This document shows positions 52,370 to 64,000 of a stretch of DNA of 64,000 nucleotides, one piece after another; position 1 is the stretch's first letter, and each line of letters starts with the position of its first letter. The stretch is from positions 60,080,001 to 60,144,000 of the forward strand of contig NC_087436.1 in assembly GCF_036321535.1 (NCBI RefSeq). The letters run 5' to 3'. The DNA is from Camelus dromedarius. Its lineage: Eukaryota. A program made the translations under genes and the position numbers. The notes below the pieces were generated by a model. The model was not told the origin of the DNA. It did no database searches and saw only the letters and a list, made by a program, of their open reading frames with translations.

Positions 52370-53045
52370 ACCACACTGTCTGGCAGGGACACAGGATGCA
52401 AAGGAGAGTAAGAGACACCAGGCCCTTTTTTAATGGAGCAACTATTCCAGTGAGGTAGACAGAAAACAAACAAGAAATCAAATGAACAAGATAGGTCATC
52501 TAGGTAAGTCCTATATGTTACATAAAAATTAACTGCAGTAAACTGATAAAATGTTAAGGGAGAAAATATGGAGGTAGGGATATTTCAAGTGAGTGAAGAT
52601 TAGTGGGAAGAGCATTTCATGCAGAGGCAACATCCAGTATAAACTCCCCAGGGAAGGCCCGAGTGTGATCTAGCCAAGCAACAGTGTGAGGCAAGGGAAT
52701 GAGGGTATGAAAGGAGACAGGTCAGGAAGGTAGAGGGCCAGATCCTGTAAGGCCTCCTAGGCCATGATAATCTGCTTGGATTTTATCCCAACTGCTAGTA
52801 AAAGCCCATCAGTTAGCTAAAAGAGATATCCCTTTGTGGAGAGTAGGTTATAGGAGTAGCCAGCCCATTGGAAATTACCACAATAGTTTAAAGGAGAGGT
52901 GATGGTGTCCTGGCTTGGACAGTTGCAGTAAAGATAAGCAAGGTAATGAACTGGGTTATCCTAGGGAGAGCACCAAGAAGAATTGCTGATGGATAAGATG
53001 TGAGGGGTGAGAGAAAGAAAGAAATCAAAGAAAATGCCTAGGGTT
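52370..53045 (-). mobile_element. L2 fragment
   Basis: gggaagagcatttcatgcagaggcaaca; gggccagatcctgtaaggcct; aattgctgatggataagatgtgagggg. Confidence 0.75.
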
Positions 53046-54555
53046 TTTGTTTTCTGCTTTTGTTTTTTCAAATATTGTTGTTAGTTTATTTGTTGCTTGT
53101 TTTAGGGAAAAGAAGTGCTACTCAAAATAAATGACCATCATAATGGTAAAGTCAATATGGAATAGATAAATGAAAAACAGATATCCAAAATCTTAAATTA
53201 TGATTAAATATTGACTCACAAGTAATGTGTCTTTTTTCATATTGAAAGCAAAGTGTTCCTGCAACACAGCCTTTAAAAATAAATCCATTTCTGATCTGAA
53301 AGTTAGAAAATGTGGGAAATATGGAGAATACAGGAAAATATAAAAAATGAGAAGCATCCAATCCCATCAGTGGTACTCTGTTAGTGTATCTTTAAATGCA
53401 GGGAGTCTTCACAAAGTGCATTCTCACTTTGCACAATTCTGTGGTGCTTAATTCGCATGAGTCTCAGTTATAACACAGCAAATAATGCAAAGCAGTAAGG
53501 AGTATTTTTTCTAATGATTTTTACATTATTGGATAAAGTGTATATATATTATATTTTCTAAGCAATTTCTCATATATTATCGAACTCTTCATAAAAGTTT
53601 TAACAGTTAAATGGTAGGTATTTCTTAAAGGGAGTCACCATAAATTACTTAAGATAAAATATTTAGGTAGTTTTAATTATTTCTCTTTAAAATAGCAATC
53701 TTATACCATACTATTACAAAAGTAACTAGTCCATTTTATTCCTAAATTATAACTTGATAGCATTAAATGCCTCTGTTTTTGGCTCACTCAGTTTTGAAAA
53801 TTTTTATTAATGGAAGAACCCTAAGTGATATATTGGATTTCAGCCCAAAGGCTGTATTGCTTCTATTATCAGTGTAGCTCGACCAAAGTCTGATGTGTAA
53901 ATCTCTCCCTGGTAAGAAATGAAGCTGTTCCGAAGCCTAGGAACTCTTTCAGGCCACTAGGGTACCATTTAGTAAGTCACCACAGCAACACACTATGGCT
54001 GCAGCCACCAGAGGCACAAGTACCTAATCGCACTACGTTTATTTGTCCTCAGGATGTCTCTCTCCCATTCTGCAATGATTAATTCACTTGAGGCCACACA
54101 GAGTAAGAGCAATAGCAGTTTTAGAAATTAAGTCAAAAAAGCAGACAACAAGGTGAAGATTACTGACACAGAGATAGGACATTTCCAAAGAATATCAATC
54201 TGTTTGCAAATAAATGATTTGGCATACTTTATATCAAAATCTCCTACAAAGTGGGGGGTCTGTACCAGGCATAAAAGAAAGTGCAAAACATATCAACTGG
54301 CTCCCTCCTGCCCTTATGGAGTTTATAATATAATTAATTAAACTAAAACAAAAAGAAACAGAGGCCAAATGTTAATGATACCGTGGTACTGACTATAAAT
54401 GCATTTATAGTTCTGCAAAGGAAAGAAAATGATGCAGACTGGAGAAGGAGACTATCAGTGATGAAGTAAATGAAGGCATGAATACTTAAGAACAAATAGT
54501 TTCCACAATGTTTTTGAGATTTCAGGTACTGAGTTCACTTATTCGATGAACATTC

Positions 54556-55344
54556 ATTGAAAAGATGCTCAGAATCACAAATCATCAGGAAAATGCAAAC
54601 CAAAACCAAATGAAATAACACCTCACACCTGTCAGAATGGCTATTATCAAAAAGAACACAAATAACAAATGCCGGCAAGGATGTGGAGAAAAGGGAACGC
54701 TCGTACACTGCTGGTAGAAATGTAAATTGGCGAAGCCACTTTGGAAACACTATGGAGGTTTCTCAGAAAACTTAAAAACAGAACTACCATATGACTATCT
54801 AAAGAAAACAAAAACACAAATTCAAAAAGATACCTGCACCTCAATGTTCACAGCAGATTATTTATAATTTCCAAGACATGGAAGCAATCTAAATGTCCAA
54901 CAGTTGAACATATAAAGAAGATGTGGTGTATCTATACAATGGAATACTGGCCCATACAAAATAAGAAAATTTCACCATTTGCAGCAACATGGGTGGACTT
55001 GGAGGGCATTATGCCAAGTGAAATAAGTCAGATAGAGAAAGACAAATAATATATGATGTCACTAATATATGAAATCTAAAAAATACAACAAACTAGTGAA
55101 TACAACAAAAAAGCAGCAGACTCGCAGATACAGAGGACAAACCAGAGAGAGGAGGAGGGGCAATATAGGGATAGGAGAGCAAGAGTACAAACTATGAGGT
55201 ATACAATAAGGTACAAGAATATATTGTACAACACAGGGAATATAGCCAATGTTTTATAATAACTATAAAAGGTATATAATCTTTAAAAATTGTGAATCAT
55301 CATATCGTACAACTGTAACTTATTAAAATAGTGTACAGCAACTG
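54556..55344 (+). mobile_element. 5'-truncated L1 (ORF2 end + 3'UTR)
   Basis: cacctcacacctgtcagaatggctattatcaaaaag...ccatttgcagcaacatgggtggacttggagggcattatg...aactgtacttc. Confidence 0.92.
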
Positions 55345-55489
55345 TACTTCCCAATTTTAAAAGTCTATTCTGTTTCAGGCTGGACACTTAAGATACACTT
55401 CTCTTTTCTCTCTTTCCTTATCTACTTGTCATTAGGTCATAGGATGCAACAGCTATAGAGCACTGGACCTAACTGATGATCATTGAAGT

Positions 55490-55660
55490 CAATGGTTCTC
55501 AAGGTAGAAAATCATTAGAAATTCAAACTACTGGGTCACACTCACAGAAATGCTTAATCAGAACCTGTGGGTGTCTCATCCACAATCTATATAATTTCCA
55601 AGACCTCCAAATGATTCTGATGCATTCATACATGATAAAGATTGAACAGCACTGATCTAA
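55490..55660. mobile_element. MER5-like hAT-Charlie MITE
   Basis: caatggttctcaa...ccaaatgattctgatgca...ttgaacagcactg. Confidence 0.6.
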
Positions 55661-56279
55661 GCTAACCAGAGAAGAACCTGGATGCTAACATGAGGTAAAT
55701 ACTTGCTAAGAAACAACAGAACAAGAACCAGAAACATGCTTTCTAACTCATAAGAGAACATTCTTTCAACTCACTATAAAATAAATGCACATTCTCTCTT
55801 GATTGCAATAATTTTTTTAAAATTTCCTCCTTTTCAAATATGAGTCCTGGAAAATTTAGAAGCTTTCTGTAATAGCATGAAAAGCATATTCCCTTACCAC
55901 ATGGTGATGAACTAGGGAACCTAAGCATGTAGACGTAAAATCTCTTTCATAGTATAGAGCCATAAAAAGAAGGAAACTGTCTTTAAATATTCATTTTTCT
56001 ATTTTTCTTAAGGAGTTTTATTCTTTATTGATTTGGTAGTTCTCTTTATATGTTAAGAATATAGCTCTTTATCATATTTAAATATTTTCCTGTTTCATTT
56101 TTGATATTTTAACATTTTGAATGGTTTGTTTTTATATAATATGAAACATGCACATCTTTTATTATTTTTCAGTGTTTTGAAGTCTTGTCTTTTCTAATAG
56201 AAGGTGAAATTTTGCCTACTCTTCAAATATTTGAGTTTACTTTTATGTTTAACTCTTTAATTCATTTATATTTTTAAGT

Positions 56280-56460
56280 GTCAGACTTAAATTTTAGTAT
56301 TCATGAGAATCACCTGGAGAGCATTTTAACACACATTATTGGGTCTCAACACCACAGTTTCTGAAATAGTAGGTCTGAGATAATAGTTTTAGCATCTTTA
56401 GTACATTCCCAGATGTTGTTAATGCTTCTGGTCCTAGACCACACTTTGATAACCACTGGC
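56280..56460. mobile_element. MER5A-like hAT-Charlie MITE
   Basis: agaatcacctggagagc...gaccacactttgataaccactg. Confidence 0.7.
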
Positions 56461-59400
56461 TAAAGAAACCTGTCAACAAACAAAACACACATAGGATCTG
56501 GGCATTGTGTGCTGCACTAGTTTAATGGCTGAACATAAGGTGCAAAGGGGTGAGATCAGAATGAGACAAAGTTTAGGACTAGAGTGCAGGTATCTTTGAG
56601 TGCAATGAGTATAAATTTTTCTATGAGGCAACACAGCCTTGTCTAAGATTGAAGGAATATATCTATAGTAAATGCTTACTGAATTTAAATTAAATAAAGT
56701 TTCAAAATTTCACCCTGCCTGAGAAATAATATTCTTTTTAATTAGAAGTGAATTACTACTTTTTATGTTATGTTAACCATCATCACTGGAAAAAAAATGT
56801 TTATAAAGAAACCATCTATCAAGGAATTTGTGTAAGAATTCTATAAATTACTTTAATGACCCAAACTAATCATTCCTCTGCTTTATTGAAATTTAATCAC
56901 CAATTTAACTGAAATTATAAAGACAGCTTCATTTCCTTTTACAAACAACAAACTTGCAAAATATAAGGAAAGAATAAATCAAAAATAAAATGGATTTAAC
57001 TTAAATATTACAAATTCCATTTAATGGAGAATACTTAGTAGTATGTAAGTAACAAAATCTTTCAAAACACTACTATGGAATCTGACTTTAAAGTCACACC
57101 AACAATGGGATACTTTTAAGTCACAAAATTCCATGAAGTATTAGGGTTTCTGTGAGAAAGGTGATTCACATAGAAGTTCACTTGAAAGATAATGTCAGTA
57201 GAATAATGTGTTGTCTCTAGATTATGGTCTCCCACTGTTACATGTAGTAGATCTCAGCAGAGAAATATATGGGAAATAAATATCCAGGTAAGGTAAAGAT
57301 ATTTATTTTCAAACCTGGAGAGAAGCAACCCTATAGTAATGCTGTATGACAATCATTTTACTATCTTATACCAAAGGCTCTGATGTAACTTTGATCACTT
57401 AGCACTCACCTACCCCTTTTTTTCTGGATAGAAAACTCTTACCAGCATCAACAAGATTCTAATTGTGAACTGAATAGAGTAATGGGCCTTAATCTGACTC
57501 TTGTGGAATACAGTGACCCATAAGGTCTCCTCCATGAATTACGCAATTCCTTTAAATCGTCATCTTCAAGAAGTGTAGAGTACAGCCTCTAATGAAGACA
57601 TCGCATGTAGGTCTGTGGGGCCTGAGGGACTTGTAAAAGAGCCCTGCTGATAAGCCCTGCTACTAGTTGGGTAAGTTGAGATCATCATTTGAAACATCAA
57701 TTATGTCAATGGTTATAAAGCTCAAGTTTTGGTTCTATATCTGTACTTATACTTACTTAACCACTTAAAATGTTTAAAAATACTAATGCTAGCAAGTTAA
57801 AATTCACTCATTTTCTAGGCTGTATTATAGAAATTAACTATTAGAAACAATAAATAAATATATATACATATATAAAACATATGCATGCATGCATCTATAT
57901 ATAATTAACCTCATTTATAGAAAGATTGGCTACTTTTTATATCGTTTTACATTAATAACCACTAAGAAAAATAGACACACAAAACAGTGCTCTTATTAGG
58001 CATAAAAATAAAAAATACGGCATATGACATATATTAATATAAAATGATAAGCAATATATAAACCAAGCACAGTTAGAAGTGCTTTTAGAGAAATTGGAGT
58101 AAAAGCTTTATAACGAAGTATCAACAACTAAAAAGCATTCAAACATATTTATTCAAGTCTAATTGGTATGCTGATGCAATTAAGCTGATTCAGGAAATAA
58201 AAAACCAAGATAATATGGTTCTTAGTTCCCCAAAACTGCAGACATAAATGTGGATTTCATACACTGGTATCTACTGATAACAGAATGCTTTGCCCAGTCA
58301 TCCTTAGTACTTTTTTAAAATTCGTTTTAGGAAATGCAGTGTTTTTATCCTATCAAAATCTGTGAGAGTGAAATGCAGCCAAACAAGCAAGTAACTCATG
58401 GGCATCCCCATGGTGACTCAAGCTGGATTTTTCCCAGTGAATAAACTGTCTCAGTTACAATTCTGCTTATGTTCAAGTTTAAAAGTTCAGGATTATGAAG
58501 TAATCATACACTTATGTATCTACACATATATTTTGAATGGGCAGGTTACTGTTTATAGTTTTCAGACTTTCCAACACTGTAATGAAAAAACTAACCCAGA
58601 TAAAAATAGACTTAAGAATTTCAGTGATTTATTCCCATGAAATGCTTTACTAGTCATGATTATGTTTTTTTTCCCCTCTATTTTCTAATTAAGAGGTAAA
58701 TAAAAGGCATTATCCGGGCTAGGGAAGTGGGGAGAGAGAAGCTATTTAACCCAAATCAGCAATAGTCAAAAATACACATAAAATATGCAGAAAATTCTTA
58801 ACATCCATACTACCACATAGCTAGATTTGTTGAGTAAACAAAAAGGATCATTGTGTTTAAAATATTTTTCAACATGGAAAATACTACTCAAATATCAGTA
58901 TGATTTCAAATGTTTTGGGCCTATTTAATTTCAAAATAAATTTTAACAAAAACTGGGCTGTGTAATGTGACCATGTGGTTTGCAAAGCAACAAGAATGAA
59001 ACTGCTAAGATAATAATCCATGCTGAAACATGACTCTAAGGTTTTATCTCCACTTTATTGGAAGTGTTCCAATGGCTCTTCTACCAGTGTGATAAAATAT
59101 TTAGGTTAACAGGTTAAAGACATTCTCACATGTCAGAAGAATCTGGCTTACTTATTCTAATTTTCTAACTTGGCAAGGGAAAACTCTGATAACTCTCATT
59201 GAAGGCTAGAGGATATTTGGGAAATTTATATGCAAATATAAATGAGGTCCTAGGTTAGGTGCAGTTTATCGCCTCTAGATTTCTACCTTCTTGGTTATCT
59301 TTTAGGAGTCCATAGACCCCGACCCTCAAAAACAGAGCCCCATTTATCAAGGGGGAAGGTTCAGCCTTTACGTAATAAGGAACAGCTCAGTCTTCCTATT

Positions 59401-59467
59401 CCCTTCCCTCTCTTCTATCCAGAAGAGAACCATGCTTAGTGCATAGTTCAATTAGCCCTTGTGAATT

Positions 59468-59570
59468 AAAAAAAAAAAAAAAGAATAAAAGAAAGCAGGG
59501 GAGGGAGAGAAGGAAGGAAAGGAAGGAGAAAAGGAGACAGAGGGAGGGAGGGAGGGAGGGAGGGAGAGAT
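59468..59570 (+). repeat. Purine-rich low-complexity tract, (A)n/(GGAA)n/(GGGA)n
   Basis: Read directly from the sequence. Confidence 0.85.
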
Positions 59571-61294
59571 AGGGGTGATATGACTTCATCATTTGTTCAG
59601 GAAAATGTTTTCCAGAGGCCAAAAGATTCATCATCATAATTTGTCCACCAGATTTGAATAGTAGCTTTACTCCTTCAGTCTTCAGATTCTTGAAATATGG
59701 AAAATAACTTTAATAAGTTTGGTGAGTTTGTGATCTCCTTTTACCATCTCCTTAGAATTTGTGTTTTTCTTCAGATTGTTTATAAAGCAAATCCCTTTTT
59801 ACTTTATATTTTCTTAACATGGGCTTCTGAAGAGTATTTATGACCCTCCCTGCTACAAATTTTCTTGGAAAAAAGTCCCTTGACTCTTACCATTTTCATA
59901 TAGCATGAGAATTTTCAAATTTCTGCTTAGATTACCTTGGCAAAGAAAATCTCAGAGATTGATTTCATAATAAATTCTTAACAGTTTACTAGATTTCACA
60001 AGTCACATGCCCCAATTTTAAACCATTATACACTTTTCATTCTTAGCACACATTAATACAAGCCACAGCTACTTCAAAGAGCAAGTCATATTTAGAGGGT
60101 GGGTTTCTAAAACATTTTAGCATATCACAGCCTAGGGATTACAGTAATTGCTAAAAGCAGTAGGTGGGTAGGTATAGCTCTCCACACACTAGACAGTTGA
60201 ATAGGGAACCATTTCTCTTTGCTAGTGTGTCCTGATATGTCCCAGATACCTCCACATAATGAAAAAAAAATTGGAGAAGAGTATAGCAAGAAGCAGAAAA
60301 AATCTAACTAAAGATTTGTCTTCATGGGAATGCCAGAGGTAGTGTGCTAATCTCTGATACAATTTCTGTTCGATTTATCTACTTCATCTTGAGAATTCCA
60401 GTATCTTCCTAGGAAACTTTGTTTTTCAAGCTGAATCACTGCTAGATGGCTACTCCTTCCAGTATATGATGAATATTAGGGGCCTTTAGCCTTAGATGCT
60501 TGGCTTTCATAGTGGATTGGTACGTGATCCGCATTCTTATCCACATAGTGGATTGGTATCTTTCTATTTCTAAAACTAATTGCACATAGTCTACTTATTT
60601 TTATTCTAGAAAACGTCAGAATACAAGTATCCAGCAGAATATAAGCACCTTTACCTCTATATTAACCTAAGTTTTATACATCCCAGTCATGATTGGATCA
60701 CACCACCCAAAATGGGAAACAGGTTTCACCTGATGCTCAACTTAGTTAGCACGCCTACTTGGAGTGGAGTACTGAGGATCGTTGTGACGTCCATCCAAGC
60801 TCAGCAGGAAGAACTGCCATAATAGAATTTAATGTGTGATGGGGCAATGGAGGGAAAATTGGCAACCTATGTGCTGTGGATTCTCCACAATAACCTGGGC
60901 TCTCTCAGGTATAAACTTACTCTTACTAAAAAACCCTGAGGCTATTAAAGTGGTGACTTGCCAACCACTAATCAAAGACATCAAATTTTCACTTCCTTGA
61001 CCTATATCCTATCAGCTCCTGTTTTCAAAGCAGCTCTCTTACTCTCTTCTCCTCTTCCTTTTCCTCAGTTCTGAATTCATGAAAGAGAATTTGTCAATGC
61101 AATTTGAGTTAGAAAACACTTCTAAGGACATTTTCTGCTACAGCATCAAAGATTGAGGAGACACATAAAAACTCAATAATAAAAAATGTTGAAATATCCT
61201 AAGTTGTGGGCTAGAATATTATAAAATTATTAAAGCTATAGTCTTAGGTTAAAGACCACTGATGGCCATTCAGTTTTGCCCAGAACTCTTAATG

Positions 61295-61425
61295 TGCTCT
61301 GCAGTTCTATGGATTTGGACAAATTTATAATGACACTTATCTATCATTATGGTATCATACAATGTACTTTCACAGCCCTAAATATCCTCTGTGTTCTGCC
61401 TTTTCATCCCTCCCTTCCCCACCAC
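61295..61425 (-). mobile_element. L1 3'UTR fragment (L1MB/MC-like)
   Basis: ttctatggatttggacaaatttataatgaca...cagccctaaatatcctctgtgttctgcc. Confidence 0.7.
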
Positions 61426-62812
61426 TTTACCTTTTCATGTCTTAGTTTCCTCAACAGCAAACAGATGTGATAACATCTGTTCAAGCAAACATAATGATTA
61501 AATAATACAAAGTATTATACATAGTATGCAAAAGATTCAATGTGTTTTTATTGAACTTTTTTTTAAAGTCCAATACTCTACAAATCTCTGGTAGTTTTTA
61601 TTGTTTGCCACCATGACTTCCGTACCCAATGACATGAATCTACCAAGTTGAAGAGAAGTCTCATGTGCCCTCCCCAGTGTTCTTCCTTGAAGTCTGGATA
61701 AAGCTCTACTCCAAGACAAATACTCAAAGTCAGATGAGGTGGGAGGTAGGGACAGTGGGGAGTCTGGACACAAACTGATGACAAAGAGTTGGATTAATTG
61801 GATTCAACATCCTAAAAACATAAATGAGTAGTATCCACCTACAAATGCTTTTAATTTGCATTACTCTTAAAAATGAAGGGAGGTCTATCTAACCCAAGGA
61901 CCATCTTCTCTACTCCCATCACAATGCTAAGACCCAACAACCAACCAGAAAGAATGTCAGACGCACAGATGCCTCCTTCCCTCTTTCCCTTCAATATCCA
62001 GTAGTTCTTGTCCCTGGGAGTATTATTTCTGTGCCCTGACTTAGTGCAAAAGAGGAAATGACTACCTCTACTAAGTTGGATTATAGGATAGAAATAATTT
62101 CCCTCGTGTTTTGAGCGTGACTTCAGAATGTGTTTTTCAATAAAGAGGCAAAGTTATATGTATTCAGGAGATAATGCAACATGATAATAGATGTTGCTGT
62201 GTTAGATTAACTACATGAATTTGTTTTTGTGATTAGCATAAAAAAATTCATGACTGTAAAATAAATTCTGTAAAGGAAAATGATCAGATTAAGAATCCTA
62301 ATTTAAAAATCTTTCTGGAACATATAGATGACAATATTATACAGACTTGAAGTCAACAATTATTAATAAACAATGTAGAGGAAATAATTTCATGAGTTTT
62401 CTAAGTCATATGGCAGTCACTGAATTACATAATGACATTTATTAATAAGATCTGTAATGACAATTATGAAGGAAGGAAAGAAGCAAGGCAGGGAGGGATA
62501 GGAGAGGGAGGGGAGGATTGATTTTATGCTTTTTTTGAGATTTGTTTCAATACTTTTTTTTAGTATATATTCCTTTTATATTTTTCATTTGCACAAGTGA
62601 ATAAGAAAAATTCCCTTCACATTACACACTGATAAATCTTTATGATCTTTGTAGATACAGAAGTATCTCCTGTAAGAAGTACATTGTTTAACAGTGTTTT
62701 TTTTTTTTTGAAAATTCACTTTTTATTATAGTGTTCTAGACATAAAAAAGAAAGTCAATTATCTTGCCCAGGGCTTCAGACAGCCATAATCTTCTTTGTT
62801 TTCTTGGCAAAA

Positions 62813-63172
62813 TTTCTTTTTCTTTTAATTGAAGTATAGTTGATTTACAATGTTGTGTTAGTTTCAGGTGTACAGCAAAGTGATTCAATTATACAAATAC
62901 ATGCATATATATTCTTTTTCAGATTCTTTTCCCTTATAGGTTATTACAAAATATTGAATATATTTCCCTCTGCTATATAGTAGGTCCTTGTTGTTTATCT
63001 ATTTTATAAATAGAAGTGTATAATATGTTAATCCCAAACTCTTAATCTAAAGAAAAAGATACAAATAAACTTATTTACAAACCAGAAACAGACTCAGAGA
63101 CACAGAAAACAAACTATGGTTACCAAAGGGGACAGGAGAGTGGGGAGGGATAAATTAGGAGTTTGGAATTAA
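62813..63172 (-). mobile_element. L1 3' end with 5' inversion (62813-63046 minus, ~63044-63172 plus)
   Basis: Antisense L1 end followed by sense aatctaaagaaaaagatacaaataaacttatttacaaaccagaaacagactc...attaggagtttggaattaa. Confidence 0.85.
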
Positions 63173-64000
63173 GAGTTTGCTTCAATATCTTTATACTGAA
63201 TCATATAACCTGAAATATTGAAATTTTAACATGAATGATGATGACCCTTGTCAATTCCATTATAATAATAATAATTACTATATTTATTAGAGCTGTGTTT
63301 TATCAGGTGATTGCAGTTTTAAATATTTCGCTAAGGTCATAAGTGAAATAATTTAAAGCTGAATGTTAAAAGATCAGCGTCCTAATATCTAGGGCTGCTG
63401 AAGAGCCAATGAAGTACCTTGCTGCAAAATATCTGAAGGCTTGCAGCAGAACTGGGCCTGTATTTGAAAGACTAAAAATACTGTAAGACTATAACCGAAG
63501 TATTTAATCAGAGCCTCAGGTTGCGATCGTTGGAAGATGGCAGTGCATTTTATTCTATGTAACTATTCAATCAAGAAAACGAAATACAATGATGACAAAA
63601 TTATTTCTCTTATGGAAGTGCTGTAAAAGAGATTCTTATCCTTAATATCACATAATTACTATTTCATAGAGTAAAACAGCTGGATTCAGCACTAAGTAGG
63701 AAATACCCTCTCCTCACTAAACTAAGAAGGATACATTTGATTTTGAACTAACCCTGGACATGACCTCATAGTAGAACATAGAATATTTGATTTTAATTTC
63801 TGATAGCTTCTTTCACTGGCATTTAAAAAAAATAAAGCAATATGGGCAGACATGCCTTTAAAATTACTTGATGCAGTCAATGAAGAACATATTTTATTTT
63901 CTATCATTATATTCAAGGAAAAAATATTAGTAACCAATCTAATTTTACACTGGTGAAATTTAAATATTTATTACAAATTCACCAGGTTAGTTTTTAAGTA

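Noticed and set aside
59439..59639. Lys/Arg/Glu-rich 66-aa ORF
   Set aside because: Translation of a purine-rich simple repeat.
1..64000. CRISPR array, operon or other novel multi-gene system
   Set aside because: Mammalian intronic DNA with no regularly spaced repeat-spacer array and no long unexplained ORFs.

Overview
AT-rich mammalian genomic DNA, probably camelid, judged from two Vic-1-like tRNA-derived SINEs. The window lies inside the large gene CCSER1 (FAM190A) on the minus strand. It holds the first coding exon (37785-36421, ATG at 37744) and the next exon (32702-32518), which together encode 503 N-terminal residues. The rest is intron filled with L1, L2, MIR, MaLR/ERVL LTR and hAT/Tigger fossils; repeat family names come from recall of consensus sequences, not from a search. 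I found no new multi-gene system. The best leads are: (i) back-splicing the two exons would give a 1550-nt AUG-containing circle whose ORF crosses the junction into a 116-codon alternative frame (619 aa predicted); (ii) three CTCF-like sites, each with an upstream motif, lie divergently around the two exons; (iii) an unidentified coding-like segment at about 11.4-11.8 kb; (iv) an old two-LTR ERV1-like relic; (v) several unusual retrotransposition junctions.
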